From Eledone cirrhosa (Eukaryota), in NCBI GenBank assembly GCA_964016885.1, contig OZ024741.1:155868001-155932000 (forward strand): a stretch of 64,000 nucleotides of DNA, read 5' to 3'. The notes beneath the pieces were generated by a model, which had not been told where the DNA came from, searched no databases, and saw nothing but the letters and a program-made list of their open reading frames with translations. Both the position numbers and the translations under genes were made by a program. Shown piece after piece: positions 40,701 through 52,739 of this stretch (position 1 is its first letter; every line of letters starts with the position of its first letter).

Positions 40701-41070
40701 ATCAAATAAAACACATAACACCAGAACCTAAGGAGGTCCAACATAAAATAATTGAACACATTCTACTGCTTTACAGACACAAAATAAAATGTATAAATAC
40801 ATTCACCATGGTCACGCATAAGCTACCGCTTCATTGTAATAAACTAGAAATTATGTTAATTGAACAAGCTAGATGTATAAACATTAAAAACTACACTTCT
40901 CGAACCTAACGTGTTAACACTTATGCAAGTAGCATATGCTTGACACGAAGTATTCATTGTTTATTCAAAGATAGGGCCTCGAAATATTATTGAGAGACAT
41001 AAAGAAGCCTTAAACGTTATATTTCTCAATACCAAATATTAATGAAATATATAAAGAACCCTTAAGCATA

Positions 41071-41239
41071 ATAATTGTTTCTACTTTTGGCACAAGGCCA
41101 GCAATTACATCAGTACATTACCGGTTCTTTATTTTATCGACCCCGCAAGGAAAGAGGCAAAGTGAACCTCGGCGGGATTTGAACTCAGATTAAAAAGAGG
41201 CGTTACTCAGTGCGTCCGACCTTCTACCGATACTGCCAT
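41071..41239 (-). mobile_element. SINE family A
   Basis: Shared core and the reverse complement of the B box (GGGATTTGAACTC). Confidence 0.82.
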
Positions 41240-42379
41240 AATAATAGAAAGTTATTATATGTAGTCCGCTCAGAAAATGAACGTTCATATGACTGAGCAT
41301 TCTATAGATATGTGTACGTTTAGCGTCGTTCTCAGGGAGATTTACCGTGACAATATGTGCCACGGTGAGATTTTGAATTACAGGTACAACTTTATCCAGC
41401 TAAGTAAACTGGAGCAGCATGAAATAAATATCTCAAGAACACAACACGCATCTTTGTTCGGGAATCTAATTTATAAGCTTCTGTTAGTGAACAAATCACC
41501 CTCACCAATAAATTAGACGCAACCACAAACCGAGGTATATACTCGTTTTGGCTCATAGATCTATTCTGTTTTTATATTATCCTTTTTTTCTGATTAGTTC
41601 CTTTCTTTTGTTTTTGTAAATGTAGATTATTATGAAAACTGAACCCGAGAGCCAAAAAAGAAGAAACGGTTATAAAAATTAGTTTATTGTTCCATCCAAG
41701 TAATAAAAATGTTTGAAAGACGAACTAAGACGAGGAAAACGGTTTTTGATCAAGGAGAAAGGAAGTAAATGTGAATAAAAATAGTACATTCTAAACTAAT
41801 AACAAATACAAGAGAAAACTGAAGAATAAAACAACTGTTTTGCTGATAACTTTCATGACTGGCTAAAGAGAAATTAAAACATCATGAAAGCCAGAAATGA
41901 GTTGAAAGTTCTGAAATAAAGTTGAGAGAAAAGAGGTAAGTCTCATTCCAGATGCGCAAAGCCAATTTATAGACAGTAAAAAGAAGAAAAAAACTACGAA
42001 CCTCCAATATTAGACACGAAGTTGAGGCATAGCTGTGTGGGTAAAGTATTCGCCTGATCGCTTAGCGAAGAACAGGACTCCATCACATTGCAGGTTTAAA
42101 AGCAGCGACTAGTGGTGTCATCTGTAGTACTCTGGAGATGAACACTACTTAAACAATGTCTGGGTTGATATCACTACATGGAAACTGTTGGAAGCCAGGT
42201 ACATATATATATATGTGTGTGTGTGTGTGTCTGTCTGTCTGTGTTTGTGCCTGTGTCAGTGTGTATGTGTATGTGCGTGCGTTCGTGTTTGTGTGTGTGT
42301 GTGTGTAGGTATATAGAACAAAAAAACACACAAGAAGCGTAAGTTAACAGGCTAAAATTAACTTCGTTTATTCATCGTC

Positions 42380-42436
42380 GCTGTTATATATTTCGGTGAT
42401 GACCATTATTCAGTAGCAATGACCTCATCAGACAGC
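42380..42436 (-). ncRNA. Type I minimal hammerhead ribozyme motif (relative of 3555-3610)
   Basis: GCTGT CTGATGA GGTCATT...ATCACC GAAA TATA TA ACAGC; compensatory stem I changes relative to ACTGC/GCAGT. Confidence 0.8.
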
Positions 42437-43079
42437 TAGAATTTGAAGAGAAAAACAGAAAAACATAAAGATTGAATAAAGCTTACTTCTGTTAGTTCAT
42501 TTTTTTATGTGCCCAGTTGTGAGGTTTGGTGTTGTTTCCCCAAAGCACTGGTTGCATATATATATGTATTATCCAACCATTTGCTAAACCTTGATTATAT
42601 ATGTTCTGGCTCATTAATTTATTAACCTGCCATAGAACCACATTGGCATATGGTTGGATAATACATGTGTCCCTATATGTATTTTCATGTAGGCATATAT
42701 ACTTTATTATTATTAATCTCCCCTGGTCGGGAAAACATTTTGGTCGTTTTGACTGCTGCTATTTCTAGTGGCAGCGGATTGACCTTTCCGCTCTGCCTTC
42801 TATCTTTACACACGGCACTGGACAGAATTGCTTCTATATCATTCACTCTCATCTCGGGAACAATTTTGAACAGCGCCAGTTCGTAATTTGAACTCGGGAA
42901 TTTTATATTCTCCGAGTGAAAAGAACCTTCTGGCGAGAGTCTTTCTTTTCAATGGACGTCCGTAAGGACTATCCGCTTATTTTTGAGACTTGAAACCGTA
43001 CGGTAAAGGTAACTATAGCAGGTACAGTGAATTTTTTAAAATTTATTTAAAAACTTTTTCTTATTTGCTAAAGCTTGAT

Positions 43080-43110
<31 letters not shown>

Positions 43111-43267
43111 TGTTATACTTTGGGAGGGTCATGTTGCCAATAAGAAAAACACGCACCAGTTGCTTTCACTTCAATTTATTATATATTTATAAATTTATAA
43201 ATTTACAAACTTATAAATAATTTCTGGTTGGTTGGTTGGTTCCACAACCAGATAGTTGTTTATATAT

Positions 43268-43312
43268 AGTCATAGTCCTTTCGTCACACACTCTGTGACC
43301 TCTTCAGTGACT
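43268..43312 (-). ncRNA. Type I minimal hammerhead ribozyme in the family B terminal repeat
   Basis: AGTCA CTGAAGA G GTCAC AGAGTGT GTGAC GAAA GGAC TA TGACT. Confidence 0.8.
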
Positions 43313-43591
43313 GGGGATTCCTCTCTTTGTTTCTGTGTCTTTCCTTTCTTCTATCCTACGCCATTTTGTTTCTGTGTGTGTGTTGTGTGCTCAGTTTGCG
43401 CATGCGCCACATCCGGGTGTCTGTGTGTGTTTGTGTTCATTTATCTATTTGTTTATTTATTTATTTATTTATTGTTGGTTGGTTGTTTGTTCTATGTGTG
43501 TGTGTGTTTTCATTTTGTCCTGTGTGTGTTTTCATTTTGTCCTTAATTATAAGTTGTTTGTTCTATGTGTGTGTGTGTTTTCATGTTGTCC

Positions 43592-46294
43592 TTAATTGTA
43601 AGTTGTGATGTTGCTGTTCCACTCATATTTTCCATTTAATTTTGGTTTTAATTCTTTTATGCTTACTGCCTCTGTAATTTGCCTAAACATTGCGTCTTTT
43701 CTGTGTGTGGATTCTATTTTTATTTCTATGCTCTCTAATCTACCCCTGTGTTCTATCTTAGCATGTTGGTAGAGCACAGATGATTCTTTATTATCTTGGA
43801 GGTCTCGCCAGTGTTCATTTATTCGTTCCCCTATACTACGAGCTGTCTCACCTATGTACACTATATTTTTGTTTCTACATTGTCCTTCAGTACATCTTAT
43901 GCTATACATTACATTTCTAGTTTTACAGTTAATATGGGGGCTTATTTTACAGGTTATACATTTCTTATCTATACATGAGGGTCTTTGGAACGGGTATGTC
44001 TTGCTAATAAGTGTTTTTACGGAGGTACCAGGTCTTTCTACTATCTTAATATTGAGATTATGTTTATTTAGGGCCCTTCTAAATTTGTAGGCTAGTTCGC
44101 CTCTAGGGGTTGTATTGATGAACATTACACTCTGGTATTTATTGCTAGCATACCATGAGTTTATTCTATTGGCCTTGTTCCTAGTTCTTTCTATTCTATT
44201 CAAACATTTGCTCCTATTCAAGGGGCAGGTCCCATTTATGTCATTATTTCCCATTTTTTCCCATTTGGTTCTGGCTCCTTTATACACTCTGATTCTATCT
44301 CTCTGATTGTAGCCAGAGAACTGCATACGGTGGATGAAGTGTTGTATGTGTCTCTCTAGTTCTTCGGGGTTGCACATGCGGGACACATTTCTCATCACCC
44401 GTACCAAATCCGCAATCAGTGTGTTGATTTTGGTATGGTCCGAAATGGCCGAGTTTCGGTGGATCAGATGTTTGGAAGTCATGGGTTTGGCATAATGGGA
44501 ATGGAGGATTTGTTTTTGGTTGTTAATGGTATCTAACCAGAGCTCTGTGTCTAGTACAGGTAATCGATGGTTGGGGTGTCTACTTGGGTAGACTATAGTA
44601 ACTCTAATGCTCTGGTGGATGGAGTTTGCTATTTGCTGGATGCTTTCCATTGTGTTTTTCTCTAGTTCCTGACTGTTCTTTATTGGGGGTGTCTTAACTA
44701 CGATGTTTATATCATCTACGTAGTGGGAGTACATTATCAGGGTTAAGCTGTCTTCTAATTGTTCATTAAGTTTTTGTTTAAGTCTACTGTCCCGCTATAC
44801 CATGAATAAGTTAGCTATGTCGCCTGCAATGCTAACACCAATGGCTGCTCCTTCCTCTTGGGCATATGTTTTACCATTAAATTTGAACATATGTTCCTTA
44901 AGGGTTAATTTTATGCTGGCCCCTACCGCATGTGCAATCATTTTCTTCAGTTCATCGTGGTTTTCTGGTGTCCGTATGGCTCTGGTCCACCCGTTCCATC
45001 TATATGTGTGGGTTTTCTTGGCCATTGAGGTAATGGTAGGTGGTCTGCCTCTTGCTGGTCTTGTAGGGCACAGGTTGCTAAGGTCATAAATGTCTAGGTA
45101 ACTATTACTATGGGTAAGCTTAAGTAGAAGTCCCAGCTCACTGGTATCAATCCCACGGAACTCAACCTTACTCTCGCTGATCATTTCTACGCATTTCTCC
45201 ACAGCAAAATCCATGTCAATAGATGGATACAGGGACACAACATCCATACTGCCTATTATGCAGTTTGTTAGGTCCCCTGATCGGTTACCCGCGCCGATTC
45301 TGCTGAGGAGGTCCTCCGTGCTGTCACACACATCTGGGGACATCTCAATGATGGGGCGTATGATCAGGGAGAGGAAGTAGGACAGTCTGTAGTTACTAGC
45401 AATGTTAGCCCCACAGACTGGCCGTGTTGGTGGTCCCGCGACAGGGTCCCAGCCCGTTTTATGGTCTTTTCGAAGCCCATACAACGCCGGCACGTCATTG
45501 TTCCAGGCCTGGAAGTTGTTGGCAGTCCTTTTGTTGGGCTGCATTATATTCGTCCACATCACCATATGGGCATTGAGGGCTTTTTCTCTATCCTCATGCT
45601 CCTGTGGTGTTACCTCTCTTGTGTTAGTGATGTGGAGTTGCATTGCCTGGATGTAGTTTGGCAGGCTGTCAACCGACATTCTGCCAGACTTGTCTGTTGG
45701 AAAACATGCTATCTCTCCATTACGCGAGCGCTGCATGAGCTTACGCAAGCGATTTGCAGATTCTTCTCCCAGTTGCTGGGCCTCTATTCTATTATGCTTC
45801 TTGCTATACTGTTCTATAATATTTCTAAGTTCGGATTTAGCTATACTAAATTGTGCTTCTGTTTGTTCATCGACCTGCGACGGCAACTGCGTGCGTTTGT
45901 TAAATGGCAAAGTCGTGGCGTGGACTCGTCGTAGGTCGAATGATTTATCGGAGGGGTTATAAAACGGAGAGTTCCAGGCTGCTGCTTTATGTGTACTAGT
46001 GCTATTATTATTGTTAGTTGTGTTGTTTCTATTACTATTTCCACCAACAGCCTCATGGTTGTTTTTATGTCTCTCATAATTACTCCTGTCTCTTTCCACT
46101 GGCTCAATGTTGTTATCTACCCTATTTTGTGTGTTTGTGTGTTCGTCTTGGTTATTCTCTTTGTCCTTAGTCTCCCATCTCCTTTTCCTTTTAATCCTAT
46201 TACTTTCTCCTATTTCTCTGATTTCTGTGCTACTGTCATTACTTGTTTTCTGTGTCTGTGTGTTTGTTAAGATTGTGGTGGTGGTGAGAGGCAT
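43592..46294 (-). pseudogene. PLE RT + GIY-YIG polyprotein with a single TAG at 44795-44797
   Basis: PTDKSG, LYGLRKDHK, PPTRPVCG, SMDVVSLYPSI, GAAIG, YVDD, PVLD, CIDKKCITC, VMY...YIGETARS..ER..EH, LN. The stop replaces the W seen in the paralogue (LFMVWWD at 60467-60754). Confidence 0.9.
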
Positions 46295-46554
46295 TGAATG
46301 CGTGTGTGTTGTTGTTGTTGATGTGTGTTGTTGTTGATGTGTGTTGTTGTTGTCTCCGTGTGTGTGTGTGATATCGTTGTTGTGTGTGTTGTTATTGTTG
46401 TTTGTGTCTGCATGTTATAAATATATAATAAGTTGAAGTGAAAGCAACTGGTGCGTGTGTTTCTTATTGGCAACATGACCCTCCCAAAGTATAACAATAT
46501 AGGTTTCAACACACGATTTCAGATAAAGAATCTTGCTAAGCAAATTCAGAAACG

Positions 46555-46597
<43 letters not shown>

Positions 46598-46646
46598 CCC
46601 TCTCTTGCCCCACCCCATTGACGTTGTTCTATCAATGTCATTTCTT

Positions 46647-46746
<100 letters not shown>

Positions 46747-47306
46747 CACAAGACAAAAAGAAAATGTTATATCCAATCTTAGCTTTCACAAATCCCGAAA
46801 ACACTGAACTTTTGACACAATTGAATCCCACAAATACACAAAATACACATAAAGAATCCTATCTGGACCATTATTATGAATTCTGAAAGAAATTTCTATT
46901 TTAATCAAGAATTGAATCCCGACCTGTTGAACTCCACTGGCACCTTCACCACCGTATCTTCGTAAAGGGCATACTTATAAGAAGACATTTTGACAGAAAA
47001 TTCACATATATTGAAACTGCTCACACATTCAATGAGAAAACGGTTTTTAATATTTATTATTCAACATTAGATAAGATTGATATGCCAATCGAAACCGATA
47101 ATATTTGACACAATTTAAATCTACTTAATACAATTACTATATAACTATTCATTCTGGCAAAGAAAGTATAATTTTTGAATATATTTGTGTCTTTTCACTT
47201 TTACTTTTTTTCTTCTAACATAAAGGGATATACTGAGATACACACGAATATAGTCATCATCGTTGTCATGAGTGGGGGGTCATGTTGAATGCATGCGTAA
47301 TATGTA

Positions 47307-47385
<79 letters not shown>

Positions 47386-47392
<7 letters not shown>

Positions 47393-47585
47393 ATATAACA
47401 GTGACTTCTACAGGACTAGAACTGTTTCATTTCAAAGAAAGAAATCATCAGGGCTTTCCTCATGATTTCCTTCGAATGAGACAGTTCTAGTCGTGTAGAA
47501 GCCACTTCTATATTAAACATTTATACTCTAATATATATTGAGTAGCTTCATTACTGTGGTTACCTCTGACTGAACCCAGGATACA
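47386..47585. repeat. Fold-back pair of hammerhead pLTR fragments (Naiad-like family), plus 3' tail
   Basis: CTTCTACAGGACTAGAACTGTTTC...TCATCAG (minus-strand HHR) fused head-to-head with CTCATGA...GAGACAGTTCTAGTCGTGTAGAAG (decayed plus-strand HHR). Confidence 0.8.
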
Positions 47586-47612
47586 AACACGCCCACACAC
47601 ACATACACACAC

Positions 47613-47645
<33 letters not shown>

Positions 47646-47732
47646 CGTAGGTCCCGGGTTGAGTCGGGGATAACCACAGTAAGTAAGGTACTCAATACAT
47701 GGCAGAGTAAAATATATTTATTGTATAGAAGG

Positions 47733-47783
47733 AGCTTCTACAGGACTAGAACTGTTTCATTCAGATGAAATCTTCAGGAAGCT
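47733..47783 (-). ncRNA. Type I hammerhead ribozyme motif
   Basis: AGCTTC CTGAAGA TTTCATCTGAAT GAAA CAGTTCTAGTCCTG TA GAAGCT. Confidence 0.88.
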
Positions 47784-47997
47784 GGGTGTCATATTAAGTT
47801 CTGGTATTTATACATTTAGGTGGTGGTAAGGGAGGGGTGGTGGCTGGAGGGGGGGGGGGTATTTAGATACACAGGACCATAACATGGCACAGACCGTTTT
47901 TTCTTTGGGGAGTGGTCAATTAGCCGGAGTGCTTTTGTAAAATAAAAATTAAAATAAAAATAAAAATAAAAATAAAAAGATAAAGAAAAATAAAAAG

Positions 47998-48040
<43 letters not shown>

Positions 48041-48373
48041 AAATAAATAGAAACCCCAAGAATAGTAATTCAACAGATATATAGTAGGGACATTTTCTTT
48101 AGGTGGGTTGGTATTAGAAGATAAACAAGACCGAATCATGGCACAGACCATTGTTCTATGGCGAGTGGTCAAGTTAACATACAAGCTAAAGGTGGCCAGA
48201 GTGTTTTTGAAGAATGAAAAGAATAAAATATATTTACATACTCACAACCACATACATTTACACACAAATATATATGTATATCTATACATATATATATATA
48301 TATACACACACAAAAAAGCACATACACACACATATACACACACACGCATACACATACACACACATATATACAT

Positions 48374-48421
<48 letters not shown>

Positions 48422-49815
48422 ATGTCTCTCGGTATAAATTATTCTATACATATATATACATACATATACAAACACATACATACACATACATACACACACA
48501 CAAACACATACATACACACATATATGTATATATATATATATATATGCATATACACATATATACACATACACACATACAAATACATACACACATACACATA
48601 TACACATACACGCACTCGTTCACACACATATAAGGATCTATATATATTGGGAAAAAGTAGTGGGACAAATTATAAACTGAGCCTGATGAAAGATTAAAAT
48701 ATTTATTATCACTACTAAATTATTAATATTATCATCATGTAAATAATAATTATTTATTATTTACCATTCACTATTTATTACCTATCTTTTATCTTTTATC
48801 TATTCATTATTCAATCATTCACTTATTAAATAATAAATAAATGAATTAACTAACAAACAAACAAACAGACAAACAAATAAACAAATAAATAAATAAATAA
48901 ATAAACAAATAAATAAATAAATAAATAAATAAATCTCGAACGTGTACGTGCAGCAGTTCATAACTGCACGAATGCAAGCATGAGCAGATATATACGTGAA
49001 TGTGTGTGTGCGGCCACGGAACCTTACTCAGAGGCATACAACACAATATAAAGACCTGGAGGGGAGGAAAGAAGGTAATAATGAGAGATGGAGGGACGGA
49101 AGTGGGATGGAGGACGGGGGTGGGGTGGTGGTAGGGGGGGGGGGTCAATCGGGGGGCCGGGTGGGTCTGTAGTTTTTGTAATTTGCATAGTTGTAATTTG
49201 CATAGTTCTAAAAAAAGATCTCGTCTATATATGCGATGTACTCTCAGGCCCCGATGAAAAAAGAAACTCGTACATCGGGATGACTTCTAACAGTTTTAAG
49301 ACTCGCTGGTACGCCCACACACATTCGTTCCGGCGCCCAGACAAATCTAACCAAACACCACTCGCCGCCCACATCTGGCACCTTAAAAGGAACTCCATCC
49401 CCTTCAAGACCCAATGGAGACTACTCCAGAGAGCGCGATATTACACGGGAGGCCATAATTGCTGAGACCTCTGTATCTCCGAGAGCTATGAGATTCTATT
49501 CGCCAAAGGCCCTCTCCTCAACAAGATCTCGGAACACTCCCCTAATTGCATGCACAAGAACTATGCAAATTACAAAAACTATAGACCCACCCGTCGCCCC
49601 GATTCCCCCCCCCATATCACCAACCCACCCCCGTCCCCCATCCCACTTCCGTCCCTCCATCTCTCATGATTACCTTCTTTCCTCCCCTCCAGGTCTTTAT
49701 ATTGTGTTGTATGCCTCTGAGTAAGGTTCCGTGGCCGCACACACACATTCACGTATATATCTGCTCATGCTTGCATTCGTGCAGTTATGAACTGCTGCAC
49801 GCACACGTTCGAGAT

Positions 49816-49846
<31 letters not shown>

Positions 49847-49910
49847 TCTGTTTGTCTGTTTGTTTGCTAGTTAATTCATTTATTTATTATTTAATAAGTG
49901 AATGATTAAA

Positions 49911-50103
49911 TAATTGTTTCTACTTTTGGCACAAGGCCAGCAATTATTCCAGTGCATTACTGGTACTTTTATTTTATCGACCCCGTAAGGATGAGAGGCA
50001 AAGTTAACCTCGGCGGGATTTGAACTCAGATTATAAAGGGAGGTAACTCTATGCTTCAAAGCATGGCGTCCGACCCTTACCGATACTGCCAATCCACCGC
50101 CCC
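49911..50103 (-). mobile_element. SINE family A, full length, with 18-bp target-site duplication
   Basis: TSD AGTGAATGATTAAATAAT at 49897-49914 and 50104-50121. Confidence 0.92.
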
Positions 50104-50377
50104 AGTGAATGATTAAATAATGAATAGATAAAAGATAAAAGATAGGTAATAAATAGTGAATGGTAAATAATAAATAATTATTATTTACTTGATGATAATA
50201 TTAATAATTTAGTAGTGATAATAAATATTTTAATCTTTTATCAGGCTCAGTTTATAATTTGTCCCACTACTTTTTCCTAATATATATAGATACATATATG
50301 TGTGTGAACGTGTGCGTGTATGTGTATGTGTATGTGTGTATGTATTTTTATGTGTGTATGTGTATATATGTGTATAT

Positions 50378-50438
<61 letters not shown>

Positions 50439-50896
50439 TGTGTGTATGTATGTGTTTGTGTGTGGGTATGTATGTGATGTATGTGTGTGTATATGTATGT
50501 ATATGTATGTATAGAATAGGTTTATACCGAGAGACATACATGTATATATATATCTCTCAATATATATATATATCTGTGTGTGTGTATATATGTGTGTGTA
50601 TGTGTATGCGTGTGTGTGTATATGTGTGTGTATGTGCTTTTTTGTGTGTGTATATATATGTATAGATATACATATATATGTGTGTGTAAATGTATGTGGT
50701 TGTGAGTATGTAAATATATTTTATTCTTTTCATTCTCCAAAAACACTCTGGCCACCTTTAGCTTGTATGTTAACTTGACCACTCGCCATAGAACAATGGT
50801 CTGTGCCATGATTCGGTCTTGTTTAACTTCTAATACCAACCCACCTAAAAACAATTTCCCTACTATATATCTGTTGAATGGGGTTTTTATTTATTT

Positions 50897-50931
<35 letters not shown>

Positions 50932-51024
50932 TATTTATTTATTTATTTTTTATTTTTATTTTTATTTTTATTTTTATTTTTATTTTTATTTTTATTTTTA
51001 TTTTTATTTTTATTTTTATTTTTA

Positions 51025-51055
<31 letters not shown>

Positions 51056-51221
51056 TTACAAAAGCACTCCGGCTAATTGACCACCTCCCCAAAGAAAAAA
51101 CGGCCTGTGCCATGTTATGATCCTGTGTATCTAAATACCAACCTACCCCCCCCCCCCCCAGCCACCACCCCTCCCTTACCACTACCTAAATGTATAAATA
51201 CCAGAACTTAATATGACACCC

Positions 51222-51272
51222 AGCTTCCTGAAGATTTCATCTGAATGAAACAGTTCTAGTCCTGTAGAAGCT
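51222..51272 (+). ncRNA. Type I hammerhead ribozyme motif
   Basis: Identical in sequence to 47733-47783; preceded by TATAAATA at 51193 and followed by AATAAA then (TA)n. Confidence 0.88.
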
Positions 51273-51287
51273 CCTTCTATACAATAA

Positions 51288-51326
<39 letters not shown>

Positions 51327-51329
51327 ACA

Positions 51330-51670
51330 CGAGAATAGTGAGGATGGCTCTGATCATTAATCAGTATACACTGAGGATGAACAAATTCAGATATGTATGG
51401 TAGCTTCCCAAAAGTCAGCTCAAAAGTGACACAAGTTAGCTGGACATGCTCACCGACATCCAGAGTTGACATTGCACTCAGTGCTCCTGTGGGATCCCCT
51501 ACATGGACACAGTGGAAGAGGACGACCAACGTTAAAGTATGTTGATGCCCTAAGGACAGACACTGGTCTGTTGGAGACGCAGAACATGGCAGCGATAATG
51601 AGGGACAGAGACCGTTGGAGAGAACTCGTCCATGGATCTCGGGAATTTTACACGCCCTAGATAGATAGAT
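51330..51670 (+). mobile_element. RTE-type LINE 3' end with (TAGA)n tail
   Basis: VLLWDPLHGHSGRGRPTLKYVDALRTDTGL...MRDRDRWR, then TAGATAGATAGA. Confidence 0.8.
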
Positions 51671-51752
51671 ATATATATACATATATATATATATATCATA
51701 TTTAAAATGTTGGAGAGAACAACAAAGATTTCTGAATACATGTATATTTAAT

Positions 51753-51874
51753 GGCTGACAAGTTGTTTCAAATAATGCACAGTAAGAATGGACATAGATG
51801 TTTAGATATCGAATATAAATCGATATTAGTCCATTAAAAATAAATAAATATGTGTCAAGGTTATCATCAGAGCC
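51753..51874 (-). ncRNA. Hammerhead-like motif with an unusually long stem II insertion
   Basis: GGCT CTGATGA [~95 nt with internal AATGGAC/GTCCATT hairpin] GAAA CAACTTG TC AGCC; lies inside an imperfect inverted repeat at ~51700-51945. Confidence 0.55.
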
Positions 51875-52318
51875 TAAAAAGTCAGCGTTTAAATATATAT
51901 ATTTATTCATACATCTTTGTTGTTCTCTCCAGTATTTTAAATATAATTTTTGGCTCTGCTTATTATACGATTGTTAAACTATCACTCTCTCCATCTAATC
52001 GCATGGCGTGCTAGTCTATGCATTGAGCACACTAACCTTCTCTCTATTGGCTAGTAATCTGCATAACTAATCTCCTTTCTCTCCTCCTGATTAGCTTACT
52101 TGCTTTTTACCTTGTATATATATATTTATATATATAACATATATATATATATAATATATATATATATATAATATTAAAGATACTATTTATAGTTATGTAT
52201 ATACTATACTATAACCAACTATAAACAGGGAAGGTTCTCAATTTATTACTTCCTTATTACCAGTAAGAGAAATAGCTCAATGTAAGAACATCAGTTGTTT
52301 TACAGAGCAGTAATATAA

Positions 52319-52718
52319 ATTACACAAGTATCAAAGTTATATTTAAAACATTTAATCGCTGACAATTGTTTCTTCCAAACTTAAGCTTGGATTCCTCGGA
52401 GCATTATCAATGTTTGTACATAGAATTAACCTCCTATACAACTGAAGAATCATACAGATACATATATATTGATGTTGTGGACAACAGTTTCATGTTTACA
52501 GAGTGGAATAGATGCGACATATATCGCATCCATTCCACCCTGTAAACATGAAACTATTGTCCACAACATATATATGTATCTGTATGATTCTTCAGTTGTA
52601 TAGGAGGTTAATTATATGTACAAACATTGATAATGCTCCGAGGAATCCAAGCTTAAGTTTGGAAGAAACAATTGTCAGCGATTAAATGTTTTAAACATAA
52701 CTTTGATACTTGTGTAAT
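52319..52718. repeat. ~400 bp fold-back element with a variant hammerhead in each arm
   Basis: Centre GATGCGA CATATA TCGCATC; TGCT CCGAGGA ATCCAAGCTTAAGTTTGGAA GAAA CAATTG TC AGCG at 52634-52680 (+) and 52357-52403 (-). Confidence 0.9.
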
Positions 52719-52739
52719 CTATCTATATATATATATATA

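Larger units (their letters stand above)
43111..46560 (-). mobile_element. Near-complete PLE family B with inverted terminal repeat
   Basis: RT-EN coding region 43592-46294; 46415-46497 is the reverse complement of 43111-43190; both ends abut (TA)n. Confidence 0.9.
47645..51290 (+). mobile_element. 5'-inverted Naiad-like PLE: GIY-YIG remnant (49220-49560) between two ~1.5 kb inverted 3' arms
   Basis: 47716-49209 is the reverse complement of 49557-51290 (minus a SINE); central VYICD...YIGMTSNSFKTRWYAHTHSF...; hammerheads near both outer ends. Confidence 0.9.

Noticed and set aside
48681-48700. CTGATGA as another hammerhead (also 19084, 37664, 52442, 55737)
   Set aside because: No matching GAAA-stem III-UH and stem I closure could be found; 55737 is truncated by (TA)n.
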